A stretch of DNA of 64,000 nt from a virus, in IMG/VR virus record IMGVR_UViG_3300042554_001073. One strand, given 5' to 3'. A model generated the notes under the pieces. That model did not search any database, was not told the origin of the DNA, and saw only the letters and a program-made list of their open reading frames with translations. Within the stretch, counting starts at the first letter, position 1, and every line of letters starts with the position of its first letter. A program made the position numbers and the translations under genes. Positions 8,249 through 17,333 of this stretch are shown here, in pieces.

Positions 8249-8567
8249 AACTGTACTTTTGGGCATCCTCTAATATTCCATGAAGGTAATTTCTAATTTT
8301 TCTTGCTTGTGGCTTTGGAATATGCCCATATCCTTCACGAAGTTGTTTATGAACTTCATCGGAACCACCCTCAAGATAATCATCAAGGTCTGTTACTAAA
8401 CTACTAATTTCGTTAGCCGTTGCGCTTTGAATAAATTCATCAACCTCAATTTTCTTTGTTCCACGAATTTTTAGATAATCATAAAACTTCAACACAAATT
8501 GTCCATTAAAAGCATAATCAATTGCTTTCTCAACATCATTGTAAACTTCGTGAAAATTGTTATCCAT
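8208..8567 (-). CDS. Conserved cyanophage hypothetical protein
   Basis: VEKAIDYAF.G.FVLKFYDYLK, LREGYGHIPKPQARKI. Confidence 0.75.
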   Translation of the reverse strand: MDNNFHEVYNDVEKAIDYAFNGQFVLKFYDYLKIRGTKKIEVDEFIQSATANEISSLVTDLDDYLEGGSDEVHKQLREGYGHIPKPQARKIRNYLHGILEDAQKYSYDKRPGRRKKQTK

Positions 8568-8803
8568 TAAACTAGGTTTTGCTCCTTAAGATATTGAACG
8601 GTATCTGTACAACCTCCAATATGTTTTTCGTCTACAATCACTTGAGGGAATGTAGAGCCAGTTCCAAATTCTGCATAGAATTCTTCACGACTAAAATCCA
8701 CACCAAGTTTATAAACTACGTGCTGTAGTTCTGCTAACTCTAGCACCTGTTGAACCTTTGTGCAATATGGGCAACCGTCTTTCGAATAAACTGTAAACTT
8801 CAT
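8567..8803 (-). CDS. nrdC: Glutaredoxin
   Basis: CPYC active site, TFPQV, IGGC.D. Confidence 0.95.
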   Translation of the reverse strand: MKFTVYSKDGCPYCTKVQQVLELAELQHVVYKLGVDFSREEFYAEFGTGSTFPQVIVDEKHIGGCTDTVQYLKEQNLV

Positions 8804-8823
8804 AATTGTTATAAAACTGAAAG

Positions 8824-9108
8824 TTATTTAGCGTTAACTGGAATTCCTTGACCTTCAGGAAGCCATACCTGTTGTTGAAGTTCTATTGGTGGTAGTTCTT
8901 CTTTTGCTGCTGGCAAACCTTGTTGTCCTGGAAGTTGTTTGTCTGTTGTTGATGTGACTGTAATCACTTGGTCCATAATAAACTTTTGCTTTCGATAAGT
9001 TCTCTTATCAGGAGCAAAACTAACCATCAACAGTGCGTCATATTCTTCACCACAGTGAGCGATTACCCTACCTGTGGTTTTGTCTGTCACCACCCAATAA
9101 TCATACAT
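8824..9108 (-). CDS. Hypothetical protein
   Basis: 94-aa ORF in line with the operon. Confidence 0.65.
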   Translation of the reverse strand: MYDYWVVTDKTTGRVIAHCGEEYDALLMVSFAPDKRTYRKQKFIMDQVITVTSTTDKQLPGQQGLPAAKEELPPIELQQQVWLPEGQGIPVNAK

Positions 9109-9220
9109 TCTTTTTCTTATGGCTCTTTGTATTATAGGTTTCTTTTGCTGGTCTGTAAAGGTTTGGAAAAGTATCTCTAATAATTTCTGCGAGTTTGTAA
9201 GGTGTCTCAGAAGTAATCAT
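9101..9220 (-). CDS. Small hypothetical protein (39 aa)
   Basis: MITSETPYKLAEIIRDTFPNLYRP...; read manually. Confidence 0.55.
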   Translation of the reverse strand: MITSETPYKLAEIIRDTFPNLYRPAKETYNTKSHKKKNV

Positions 9221-9221
9221 T

Positions 9222-9383
9222 TCAATATCTTGAGGGTGTGTAGTCAAGGTCTCCGAGGATATCTTCTAGCATTGTACCATACTCTTTGAATCTTTTGTCA
9301 CCAGCAATAAAACATCTTTGACGCATCCATACAGCATCCGCCAGAAGTTTTACCTGGTCTTCTGTGAGTGTTAAGGTTTTCAT
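9222..9383 (-). CDS. Small hypothetical protein (53 aa)
   Basis: MKTLTLTEDQVKLLADAVWMRQRCFIAGDKRF...; read manually. Confidence 0.6.
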   Translation of the reverse strand: MKTLTLTEDQVKLLADAVWMRQRCFIAGDKRFKEYGTMLEDILGDLDYTPSRY

Positions 9384-9416
9384 TTATAAAAAGCAACCTC
9401 TTTATGTATAAAATCG

Positions 9417-9788
9417 CTAGTATCTAATATTTTTCCTTGGACGATAAGCAAAAAGATTGGTTGGTTTGGGTGGTTTCATCCACTCTTCTATGATGTAAAA
9501 CTTTTCTTCACAATAAAAATCTTGCTGAACATACCACAACTTCCAATGGTCATGTCCTTTAGATTGATTACAAGACTTACAGCAACATACAACATTCCTT
9601 GTAATATCCAATCCACCTTTTGATTGTGGAATAACATGGTCCAGAGTCAAATCTTCCTCCGAACCACAGTAAGCACATTTATGGTCCCAACTTTCTTTTA
9701 TTTGTTTTCTCCATAATCGTTTTGCTTCTGATTGACTTGTTGCGTGTAGATTGAACAAGTATTCTTCAGGCGATTGGAGAGGTCCCAT
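9417..9788 (-). CDS. HNH endonuclease
   Basis: CAYCG...LTLDHVIPQSKGG...NVVCCCKSCNQSKG. Confidence 0.9.
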   Translation of the reverse strand: MGPLQSPEEYLFNLHATSQSEAKRLWRKQIKESWDHKCAYCGSEEDLTLDHVIPQSKGGLDITRNVVCCCKSCNQSKGHDHWKLWYVQQDFYCEEKFYIIEEWMKPPKPTNLFAYRPRKNIRY

Positions 9789-9936
9789 AAGTGCTTGCGA
9801 CTTGTAGGTATTTATTTTGTCAATAATGATAGTGGTCTGTCAAAGACATGAAGAACATAAACAACCCGAAGAAGATGAAGAAAAGAAGAATTCCAAGCAT
9901 AAAAAAAGGAGTTCAGAGAACTCCTTCTATTTATTT

Positions 9937-10998
9937 TTAGAGTGCGTTGCCTCGCGGTAGAACTTCCTCTGGGAACACAAAGTTCTCATGAGGTTGGTCT
10001 ACTGGAGCCATCCAAGCACGAAGACCTTCATTCAGAAGAATGTTTTTCGTGTAGAAAGTTTCAAATTCTGGGTCTTCCGCAGCACGAATCTCTTGAGATA
10101 CAAAGTCGTAAGCACGAAGATTAAGAGCAAGTCCAATGATACCGATACTAGAGGTCCATAGACCCATGACGGGAACAAAGAGCATAAAGAAATGAAGCCA
10201 ACGCTTGTTACTAAAAGCAATACCGAAAATCTGTGACCAGTAACGGTTAGCAGTAACCATCGAGTAAGTTTCCTCCTCTTGCGTTGGTTCAAAAGCCTTA
10301 AAGGTATTTGCCTGTTCTCCATCTTCATAGAGAGTATTCTCCACAGTAGCACCGTGAATAGCACATAGCAGAGCACCGCCTAGAATACCTGCTACACCCA
10401 TCATATGAAAGGGGTTGAGCGTCCAATTGTGAAAACCCTGAAGAAACAGAAGGAATCTGAAGATTGCTGCTACACCGAAGGATGGAGCGAAGAACCAACT
10501 GGATTGACCCAACGGATACATCAGGAAGACACTGACAAATACAGCGATGGGACCAGAGAATGCGATTGCGTTATAAGGACGGATTCCGACCAATCTAGCA
10601 ATCTCAAACTGGCGAAGCATGAAACCAATCAGGCTGAAAGCGCCGTGTAGTGCCACAAAAGTCCAGAGTCCCCCAAGTTGGACCCAGCGGACGAAATCTC
10701 CCTGAGCTTCAGGACCCCATAGGAGTAAGAGAGAATGTCCGAGAGCATCAGCAGGAGTAGAAACAGCAGCAGTAAGAAAGTTACACCCCTCCAAATATGA
10801 ACTCGCAATGCCGTGGGTGTACCAACTGGTAGCAAAGGTGGTTCCTGTAAGCCAACCGCCAAGAGCGAGATAAGCTGTAGGGAAAAGGAGAAGGCCAGAC
10901 CAACCGACAAAAACAAACCTATCACGCTTAAGCCAATCATCGAGAACATCAAACCACCCCCTTTGTGTAATTGGTTGTTGTAACGTAGATGAAACCAT
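9937..10998 (-). CDS. psbD: Photosystem II D2 protein
   Basis: [20 protein letters not shown]...[10 protein letters not shown]. Confidence 0.99.
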   Translation of the reverse strand: MVSSTLQQPITQRGWFDVLDDWLKRDRFVFVGWSGLLLFPTAYLALGGWLTGTTFATSWYTHGIASSYLEGCNFLTAAVSTPADALGHSLLLLWGPEAQGDFVRWVQLGGLWTFVALHGAFSLIGFMLRQFEIARLVGIRPYNAIAFSGPIAVFVSVFLMYPLGQSSWFFAPSFGVAAIFRFLLFLQGFHNWTLNPFHMMGVAGILGGALLCAIHGATVENTLYEDGEQANTFKAFEPTQEEETYSMVTANRYWSQIFGIAFSNKRWLHFFMLFVPVMGLWTSSIGIIGLALNLRAYDFVSQEIRAAEDPEFETFYTKNILLNEGLRAWMAPVDQPHENFVFPEEVLPRGNAL

Positions 10999-11001
10999 AG
11001 T

Positions 11002-11184
11002 TTACTTTACCTTATCGTAGATTGTAGTGTCACCATAATCGCGGTGAATTTTATATCCAACCACAGCACCTTTGGTATTCATTAGTGCTGGCATAAAAAC
11101 AATAGTGAAGAATACTGCTGGAGCTCCAATAAACAAAACAGCGACGATCACATAATAAGTCAGCAGTTCAGCAATGTCAGGCAT
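11002..11184 (-). CDS. Small single-pass membrane protein between psbA and psbD
   Basis: Hydrophobic YYVIVAVLFIGAPAVFFTIVFMPAL followed by NTKG.VVGYK.H.DYGD. Confidence 0.7.
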   Translation of the reverse strand: MPDIAELLTYYVIVAVLFIGAPAVFFTIVFMPALMNTKGAVVGYKIHRDYGDTTIYDKVK

Positions 11185-11211
11185 AATAAAACTTTACATT
11201 AATGTGGAAAA

Positions 11212-11238
11212 GAAAAGGGGTCCGAAGACCCCGAAGGA
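11212..11238 (-). terminator. Intrinsic terminator after psbA
   Basis: GGGGTC-TTCG-GACCCC hairpin plus T-tract. Confidence 0.75.
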
Positions 11239-11254
11239 TTTAGTTGTAACTAAC

Positions 11255-12334
11255 TCAACCGATTGCTGGAGCAGTGAGAGCAACAGGAGTTGACTCAGCA
11301 GCAGCAAGGTCAAGAGGGAAATTGTGTGCGTTCCTTTCGTGCATTACCTCCATCCCAAGACCAGCACGATTCAGAACATCTGCCCAGGTGTTGAGCACAC
11401 GACCTTGTGAGTCGATGATGGACTGGTTGAAGTTGAAACCGTTGAGGTTGAATGCCATGGTGCTAACACCAAGAGCAGTGAACCAGATGCCAACTACAGG
11501 CCAAGCAGCAAGGAAGAAGTGGAGTGAACGAGAGTTGTTGAACGATGCGTATTGGAAGATAAGACGACCAAAGTAACCGTGAGCAGCAACAATGTTATAA
11601 GTCTCTTCTTCTTGACCGAACTTGTAACCATAATTCTGCGACTCGTTCTCAGTGGTTTCACGAACCAGAGAAGAAGTTACCAGCGAACCGTGCATCGCAC
11701 TAAACAGAGAACCACCGAAGACACCAGCAACACCAAGCATATGGAAGGGGTGCATCAGGATGTTGTGCTCTGCCTGGAACACAAGCATATAGTTAAAAGT
11801 ACCAGAGATACCAAGAGGCATCGCATCAGAGAAAGAACCTTGACCGAAAGGATAGACCAGGAACACTGCGCTAGCAGCAGCAACAGGTGCGCTGTAAGCA
11901 ACGCAGATCCAAGGACGCATACCTAGACGGTAAGAAAGTTCCCACTCACGTCCCATGTAAGCGTAGATACCAATCAGGAAGTGAAACACAACCAATTGGA
12001 AAGGTCCACCATTGTAGAGCCACTCATCCAGAGAAGCAGCTTCCCAGATAGGGTAAAAGTGCAGTCCAATAGCATTGGATGAAGGAATAACAGCACCAGA
12101 GATGATGTTGTTTCCGTACATTAGAGAACCAGCAACTGGTTCACGGATGCCGTCGATGTCCACAGGAGGAGCAGCGACGAAAGCAACAATAAAACAAATG
12201 GTGGCAGCAAGTAGGCAAGGAATCATCAGAGTTCCAAACCAGCCGACATAAAGACGGTTGTTTGTTGATGTCACCCACTGGGCAAACTGTTCCCAAGTAT
12301 TCGATTGTCGTTGTTGTGAAAGTGTAGCAGTCAT
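11255..12334 (-). CDS. psbA: Photosystem II D1 protein (no intron)
   Basis: [30 protein letters not shown]. Confidence 0.99.
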   Translation of the reverse strand: MTATLSQQRQSNTWEQFAQWVTSTNNRLYVGWFGTLMIPCLLAATICFIVAFVAAPPVDIDGIREPVAGSLMYGNNIISGAVIPSSNAIGLHFYPIWEAASLDEWLYNGGPFQLVVFHFLIGIYAYMGREWELSYRLGMRPWICVAYSAPVAAASAVFLVYPFGQGSFSDAMPLGISGTFNYMLVFQAEHNILMHPFHMLGVAGVFGGSLFSAMHGSLVTSSLVRETTENESQNYGYKFGQEEETYNIVAAHGYFGRLIFQYASFNNSRSLHFFLAAWPVVGIWFTALGVSTMAFNLNGFNFNQSIIDSQGRVLNTWADVLNRAGLGMEVMHERNAHNFPLDLAAAESTPVALTAPAIG

Positions 12335-12344
12335 TTGTCGTTAA

Positions 12345-12470
12345 AGGGTAAGTAAAAAGTCCAGGGGGAACTGGATGTTACGTTATTCCCCACACCACCC
12401 TCCAGTGTGGGTATGAGAGACGTAATTTATACTCCCCATAGGTCTCGGTTAATGGGAGTCGCAAAGATTA
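12345..12470 (-). ncRNA. PhotoRC-II-like structured psbA leader RNA
   Basis: CTCCCAT...ATGGGGAG, GAGAC/GTCTC, CCCACAC...GTGTGGGG and CCAG...CTGG pairings in the psbA 5' UTR; resembles the cyanophage PhotoRC-II motif from memory. Confidence 0.7.
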
Positions 12471-12501
12471 AAGAACTGTTACATTCCTTAACCTGTTGAT
12501 G

Positions 12502-12535
12502 TATTTATCATAGCATTGTTTTGAAACCCTGTCAA
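12502..12535 (-). promoter_or_regulatory. psbA sigma70 promoter with overlapping late-type promoter
   Basis: TTGACA-17-TATGAT with extended TG; GATAAATA overlapping the -10. Confidence 0.8.
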
Positions 12536-12611
12536 TAGGACCAGTTTACCAACCGACCTTTTTATAAATAAACGACAAAAAATCTAAATACTTAAAACTG
12601 CTTCTCCCTAT

Positions 12612-12803
12612 ATGCCAAGGGAATGGAACACTCCTAAAAGAGAACCTTGGAATGCACCGATACATAATATTCTAAAAGCAATAGACAATCACACTCAAGA
12701 ATACTTCAAGAGTGGTGATATGTGGCATCTACAAAAAGCAGAAAACTTAAGACAATATCTTGACGAACTAAAGACCTGGATACATAAACAAGAAGGAAGA
12801 TGA
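12612..12803 (+). CDS. Hypothetical protein
   Basis: MPREWNTPKREPWN...; TATAAATA late promoter at 12563-12570. Confidence 0.7.
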   Translation: MPREWNTPKREPWNAPIHNILKAIDNHTQEYFKSGDMWHLQKAENLRQYLDELKTWIHKQEGR

Positions 12804-12970
12804 AATCAGCACTTCTCATTGGACTCGTGATTATGAGACTCATAACCAATGAGGGATTTTTTAATGAAAATAGAAGACCACAACCAAAACGACAACCAGC
12901 AGAAGTCATTAGATTCATTAGAAGACCTGCCAAAAGAGGTAGGAAAAAATCGTGGTTCTATTCTGAATAA
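12800..12970 (+). CDS. Basic 56-aa protein with hydrophobic N-terminus
   Basis: ATGA overlap with upstream ORF; MKSALLIGLVIMRLITNEG...RRPAKRGRKK. Confidence 0.55.
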   Translation: MKSALLIGLVIMRLITNEGFFNENRRPQPKRQPAEVIRFIRRPAKRGRKKSWFYSE

Positions 12971-13190
12971 ACTTATCTTTTTTGTCTGTTGTTCCGTAAT
13001 TGGATTTGTTGGTATTAACTTTATTGCTTGTAACTTTATGGTTCCTGGAACCATCAATAGAGCAAATGTAAAAGGAGAATTAAAAAACCCTCCTCCTTTA
13101 GATTGTAAAGAATCCGAAAGAAGAGGATATGAAACTTTACTGACAATCTTAACTACAGTAATTGCGTTAAGAACCAAGTTAGAAGATTAA
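12849..13190 (+). CDS. Putative membrane protein (start uncertain), convergent with the lysin
   Basis: Two hydrophobic segments (LIFFVCCSVIGFVGINFIAC; LLTILTTVIAL). Confidence 0.55.
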   Translation: MRDFLMKIEDHNQNDNQQKSLDSLEDLPKEVGKNRGSILNKLIFFVCCSVIGFVGINFIACNFMVPGTINRANVKGELKNPPPLDCKESERRGYETLLTILTTVIALRTKLED

Positions 13191-13678
13191 GAACTCCAAA
13201 GTTTACCCTCAGCAGTTCTTCTACGAGCAAGTCCTTTCTCTACATTAGTTCCAGGATTGCGATAAAGATATAAAGCATCAGGAACTTTTGACCATTCCTT
13301 ATTTTTTAGGCATTTAGTAATAGTATTAAAGCCAGAACCACCGTAAAAACTGGCACCAAGATTATAAGCGAAGCTGAGCAGAGCGCCTCTTTGTCCATCT
13401 GTCATTTCTCCCCAATAAGGAATTCTCTGAAGTGATGGAAGAAATCTTTGCTCAAGATCAAACATTAATAGTTTGTCAGCATAATCCTGTGTAATCTTTC
13501 TTCCAAGTTTAAATGGTTGACCATTAAAATCTTTAGTGCTACCCCACCCAATAGTGATAGGAAGTCCACCAGTCAATGGGTCAGGATAAGCATTTAAGTG
13601 ACATCCCTCAAACTCCTTAATTAAATCAACACCACATTGAGGGATTTTAGATTGTGGCGTCGATTCTACTTTTTTACG
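13187..13678 (-). CDS. Phage lysozyme (GH24) domain in the -1 frame, lacking its own start codon
   Basis: LIKEFEGCHLNAYPDPLTGGLPITIGWGST, ALLSFAYNLG, GLARRRTAEG; frame opens just after a TGA at 13679-13681. Confidence 0.88.
   Translation of the reverse strand, partial: RKKVESTPQSKIPQCGVDLIKEFEGCHLNAYPDPLTGGLPITIGWGSTKDFNGQPFKLGRKITQDYADKLLMFDLEQRFLPSLQRIPYWGEMTDGQRGALLSFAYNLGASFYGGSGFNTITKCLKNKEWSKVPDALYLYRNPGTNVEKGLARRRTAEGKLWSS
13603..13675 (-). promoter_or_regulatory. Programmed -1 ribosomal frameshift signal (A_AAA_AAG plus H-type pseudoknot)
   Basis: Heptamer 13675-13669; stem 1 13665-13653/13636-13624 (13 bp); stem 2 13645-13637/13611-13603 (9 bp). Confidence 0.8.
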
Positions 13679-14364
13679 TCAAAGATTCTTCCCCAACCAT
13701 CATTGCCTTTGGGGCACCATCTACGTGCTAATTCACTACGTTTATAAACAGCACCTTTACCATTATTTACAGATCCAGTATAACCATCATTCAACGAACC
13801 ATAAGGATCATTGACAACATAATCGCCTGATGGGGTCTTACCAATCACAACTACCATATGCCCACCTGTGGGGTTAGATAGAGGACCGCGATGAAGAATA
13901 CCAATAACAACAGGTCTACCAGCGGCAAGCTCTCTATCAAGATCAGCAAAAGAAAGGCTATAAGAAAAACTGGATTTAATACCGTATGACGCAAGAACCT
14001 TGGTCTGAACCAAGTGATCAGTTGTGTCACCGATTGAGAAAACTTTTTGTACATAGGCGTCATCGCCCTTAGGTCCTTTTAGTGTACCAGGTTTGAAATA
14101 CTCAAGACACATAGCACAAGCAGAAGAGTTACAGGTTCTGTTAGCGTCTCTGTAATTATCTGTCTGTGGATAAAAAGGAACTTGTAAAATACTTGATTGA
14201 GGTTTGTCCTCTTTTGTTCTAAAAATTCTTACCCAATTAGCATCATCCTGTACTAATTCTTGAGCTTTCAGAAGCAAATCTTTTTCAAGTTGCTCTACTG
14301 CCACAACGTGTTTTGGATTTTTTTCGTCGTAGAATTTAAAGAAGTTATGAAGATCTATGAGCAT
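13666..14364 (-). CDS. C39-like cysteine peptidase with N-terminal lysin-associated domain
   Basis: QTDN...TCNSSACAM (Cys), GGHMVVVIG (His), VNDPYG (Asp). Confidence 0.85.
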   Translation of the reverse strand: MLIDLHNFFKFYDEKNPKHVVAVEQLEKDLLLKAQELVQDDANWVRIFRTKEDKPQSSILQVPFYPQTDNYRDANRTCNSSACAMCLEYFKPGTLKGPKGDDAYVQKVFSIGDTTDHLVQTKVLASYGIKSSFSYSLSFADLDRELAAGRPVVIGILHRGPLSNPTGGHMVVVIGKTPSGDYVVNDPYGSLNDGYTGSVNNGKGAVYKRSELARRWCPKGNDGWGRIFDVKK

Positions 14365-14425
14365 TATACTATCCAAACCCTGCACTATATTTATTAAAAA
14401 AAGGAGGGTTTTATCCCTCCTTTAC

Positions 14426-14953
14426 TCATACTGTTACTGTTTCACGAACAGTAGATTTCACATATTCTAGAACATTTTCCGGAGTAGTCTGCTCATAAGG
14501 GTCGGTGGTGGCATTGTCCCGTTGCCCATCTTCAACGAATAGTTTTTCGATGATTCCGTTATCCACGACCGCAGCATAACGCCAAGACCTATCACCGAAA
14601 CCAAGGTTGGACTTATTGACAAGCATTCCCATAGAACGTGTGAAGTAAGCATTGCCATCTGGAATGAGTTGGACATTCTTGATGTTTTGATCTTGTGACC
14701 AAGCATTCATCACAAACCCATCATTAACAGAGATGCAGTAAATAGCGTCGATGCCACTACCAATAAAGTCTTCATATTTCTCTTCGAATCCAGGTAGCTG
14801 ATAGGCACTGCAAGTAGGAGTGAAAGCACCAGGCAGGCTAAAAATGACAACACGCTTCCCATCGAAAAGTTCAGATGATGTACGATTTACAAATTCTCCG
14901 TTCTCACGAAACACAAATTCTACTTGGGGAACTTGATATCCTTCTTTACGCAT
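14426..14953 (-). CDS. Peroxiredoxin (Prx5/type II)
   Basis: LPGAFTPTCS, SVNDGFVM.AW, RSWRYA; start may be 14965. Confidence 0.93.
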   Translation of the reverse strand: MRKEGYQVPQVEFVFRENGEFVNRTSSELFDGKRVVIFSLPGAFTPTCSAYQLPGFEEKYEDFIGSGIDAIYCISVNDGFVMNAWSQDQNIKNVQLIPDGNAYFTRSMGMLVNKSNLGFGDRSWRYAAVVDNGIIEKLFVEDGQRDNATTDPYEQTTPENVLEYVKSTVRETVTV

Positions 14954-15003
14954 AGTAACCTCCATATTAGTATTTTTCCTTTTAAAAATATTGAACATAA
15001 TTA

Positions 15004-15147
15004 TTAATCAAAAACAGCAGTAACTCCCATTACTTTGGCATTTGGATTTCGTGCAAGTGCAGTTTCTCTAGCATCTTTATAATCTCTTGCCTCTACAGTT
15101 TCGTAGAAGACCTTTCCTGCCACATACAACTGCACTTTACACTTCAT
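15004..15147 (-). CDS. Conserved small cyanophage protein (47 aa)
   Basis: MKCKVQLYVAGKVF.E.VEARDY.DARETALARNPNAKV. Confidence 0.7.
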   Translation of the reverse strand: MKCKVQLYVAGKVFYETVEARDYKDARETALARNPNAKVMGVTAVFD

Positions 15148-15148
15148 C

Positions 15149-15256
15149 TCACCAAATACCAGGGATGATTTGTCCAGTCAGGGCATAAGAACCCATTGCG
15201 GCAACGATACCAATCATCGCTGCCCAACCATTAATACGTTCTGCGCGTTCGTTCAT
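15149..15256 (-). CDS. hli: High-light-inducible protein (35 aa)
   Basis: AERINGWAAMIG motif; below ORF-track cutoff. Confidence 0.93.
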   Translation of the reverse strand: MNERAERINGWAAMIGIVAAMGSYALTGQIIPGIW

Positions 15257-15546
15257 TTGTTTTCTCCTTGATAAGGGTGTTTTTGTTTTAGTTCAGGATT
15301 GGGTTGAGAAGGAACCACTGGGTTCCTTGACTTGTTTTTAATGATGATGAAAGCATCATTTTGATAGGTTACAGTTCCAAATGGTTTTGCCCATTTTGGA
15401 TTTGCGTTTGGACTAGTAGCAGTTCCTGTTACTGCCACACCACCAATCTCAACTGATAGTTCATCGTTACGATCCCATCCAAGAGTTTCAAGAGCAATAG
15501 CAAATTGCCCTAACATAGCAACAGATGATGGTTTAATTTCTGTCAC
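15253..15546 (-). CDS. Conserved hypothetical protein
   Basis: EL.VEIGG..V.G......[23 protein letters not shown]. Confidence 0.7.
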   Translation of the reverse strand: MTEIKPSSVAMLGQFAIALETLGWDRNDELSVEIGGVAVTGTATSPNANPKWAKPFGTVTYQNDAFIIIKNKSRNPVVPSQPNPELKQKHPYQGENK

Positions 15547-15836
15547 AGGTTCTCTTCCTGCTCAGTTAGGATCACACAATCGCTAGTCGGATATGCCACA
15601 CAAGTGAGGATAAATCCTTCAGCAACTTGGTCATCATCAAGGAATGATTGCTCACTGTTGTCAACCGTTCCACTAATCAGTTTTCCAGCACAGGAAGAAC
15701 AAGCTCCAGCACGGCAAGAATAAAGCATGTCGAGACCTGCTTCTTCTGCTGCTTCTAGAATGTACTGGTCATCAGCACACTCAATAGTAGTTTCAGTACC
15801 GTTAGGAGATTGAAGAGTAATGTTAAAAGTAGTCAT
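15543..15836 (-). CDS. petF: Plant-type [2Fe-2S] ferredoxin
   Basis: [13 protein letters not shown]...[10 protein letters not shown]. Confidence 0.97.
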   Translation of the reverse strand: MTTFNITLQSPNGTETTIECADDQYILEAAEEAGLDMLYSCRAGACSSCAGKLISGTVDNSEQSFLDDDQVAEGFILTCVAYPTSDCVILTEQEENL

Positions 15837-15922
15837 TAGTAAGTGTCACAGAGTTTTTCAACAGATGCTGCCAACAAAACGAAGAAGGCAACTGATGTTA
15901 TTGTAAACAAGAGTGAAGTCAT
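15836..15922 (-). CDS. 28-aa hydrophobic peptide
   Basis: [28 protein letters not shown]; TAATG coupling to petF. Confidence 0.5.
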   Translation of the reverse strand: MTSLLFTITSVAFFVLLAASVEKLCDTY

Positions 15923-15931
15923 TGTCAAGTA

Positions 15932-16141
15932 TCAAACTACTCCAAAGAAGAGGTTGCCAGTGAGAGCATAAGAAATAGCCCCAGCAACAATACCGACCAT
16001 AGCCCAGCGTCCATTCATTTTCTCCGCTTTTTCAGCATAGGGTTCGATGCCATAACGCTCAAGGTCTTCCTTGGTCATGTACATAGAGGGTTCTTTGGCA
16101 AACATATTCATTTGCCCGAACTCGTTTTTAGTTACAGTCAT
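15932..16141 (-). CDS. hli: High-light-inducible protein (69 aa)
   Basis: AEKMNGRWAMVG; NEFGQMNMFAKEP N-terminus. Confidence 0.92.
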   Translation of the reverse strand: MTVTKNEFGQMNMFAKEPSMYMTKEDLERYGIEPYAEKAEKMNGRWAMVGIVAGAISYALTGNLFFGVV

Positions 16142-16167
16142 TTCGCTTTATTACGAATTGTTACACA

Positions 16168-16196
16168 ATTATATAGCAAAAAGAAAGGGATGTCAA
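16168..16196 (-). promoter_or_regulatory. Consensus sigma70 early promoter for the hli-petF operon
   Basis: TTGACA-17-TATAAT. Confidence 0.85.
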
Positions 16197-16221
16197 GCAT
16201 CCCTTAAGGTTTTATTTGGAT

Positions 16222-17187
16222 TTACTGACCGATTCGGTTTACGGCAAGTCGTGCTCGATTAAGAATAGATCCACTCAGAGGAACATATCCAAGGTCATCG
16301 GCAATTGATTGTGCCTTTGAACTCAGAGCATAGTTGAGTGCGTTACGAATAGCAGTGGTGTTAGAACCATTACCTGTACGATAAGCAAGAATCCAAGTCA
16401 GAGTTGAGATTGGATATGCATTTGCGCCAGCAGGATTTGGATTCTCGCCAGCAAGGTTTGAATCCAGTTTAATACCATTCAGAGCGGCAGAACCAGCAGC
16501 AGCGGTAGGAAGAACAAACTTACCTGCTTTATTTTGGAGTGCTGCTGCTTGAAGTTTATTTGCTTTCACAAATCCAGTGTTCACATAACCAATTGCCCCA
16601 TTGCTTTGACGGATGCGACCAGCAACACCCTCATTACCCTTAGCACCTACACCAGTAGGCCACTTAACAGACTTAGCAGCACCAGCAGTCCAACCACCAA
16701 ATGCTTTCAATGAGTTAGTGAAGGCATATGTAGTTCCAGAACCATCAGAACGATGAACAACCATCATAGGACCAGCAGCACATCCAACTTGCTTCCAGTT
16801 GTTAATACGACCAGCAAAGATATCAACTGCTTGCTTCTGAGTGAGTTTCAGGTTACATCCAGGTTTGTTATAAGCAATAGCGATTGTACCACCAACCATA
16901 GGAATTTGGACGACACCGCGCTTTACTTTGGCGGAGTCTGCTGCGCTGATTGCTTCGTCACTTGCTCCGAAGTTAACTGTTCCCGCAATGAATTGACGAA
17001 CACCAGCACCAGAACCAACGGACTGATAATTAACCCTATTCCCAGTAGCTCGTGCATAGTCAGCAAACCATCGTTGATAAATTGGGGCAGGGAAAGTAGC
17101 GCCTGCACCATTAATAGTGGGTCCAGCAAGAGCAGCAGCAGGAGCAGCGGCAACTAGACCAACAGCAAAAATATTTTTCAGTTTCAT
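16222..17187 (-). CDS. pstS: Phosphate-binding protein
   Basis: Signal peptide, GAGATFP.PIY, NYQSVGSG.G, HRSDGSGTT, YPI. Confidence 0.97.
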   Translation of the reverse strand: MKLKNIFAVGLVAAAPAAALAGPTINGAGATFPAPIYQRWFADYARATGNRVNYQSVGSGAGVRQFIAGTVNFGASDEAISAADSAKVKRGVVQIPMVGGTIAIAYNKPGCNLKLTQKQAVDIFAGRINNWKQVGCAAGPMMVVHRSDGSGTTYAFTNSLKAFGGWTAGAAKSVKWPTGVGAKGNEGVAGRIRQSNGAIGYVNTGFVKANKLQAAALQNKAGKFVLPTAAAGSAALNGIKLDSNLAGENPNPAGANAYPISTLTWILAYRTGNGSNTTAIRNALNYALSSKAQSIADDLGYVPLSGSILNRARLAVNRIGQ

Positions 17188-17239
17188 AAAAAGTTTTTAG
17201 AAGTGAATTGACTTCGTAATCAATAATAATGGAAGGAAA

Positions 17240-17267
17240 CCTTAAAGTCCACTAAGGTTTGGTTAAG
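17240..17267 (-). promoter_or_regulatory. Pho box (SphR/PhoB-type) upstream of pstS
   Basis: CTTAACC, CTTAGTG, TTTAAGG repeats at 10-11 bp pitch in place of a -35, upstream of a TATTAT -10. Confidence 0.65.
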
Positions 17268-17333
17268 GTTTTGATTACCTAATAAAAAACCACCCCAGAA
17301 AGGGGTGGCTTCACTCAAGTTATGAGTATGTTA

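Noticed and set aside
9942-11926. Plus-strand and alternate-frame ORFs over psbA/psbD
   Set aside because: Shadow ORFs of strongly biased genes, with no motifs or RBS.
12706-13177. Minus-strand ORFs 12706-12933 and 12806-13177
   Set aside because: The region has a plus-strand late promoter and coupled plus-strand ORFs; these are their antisense shadows.
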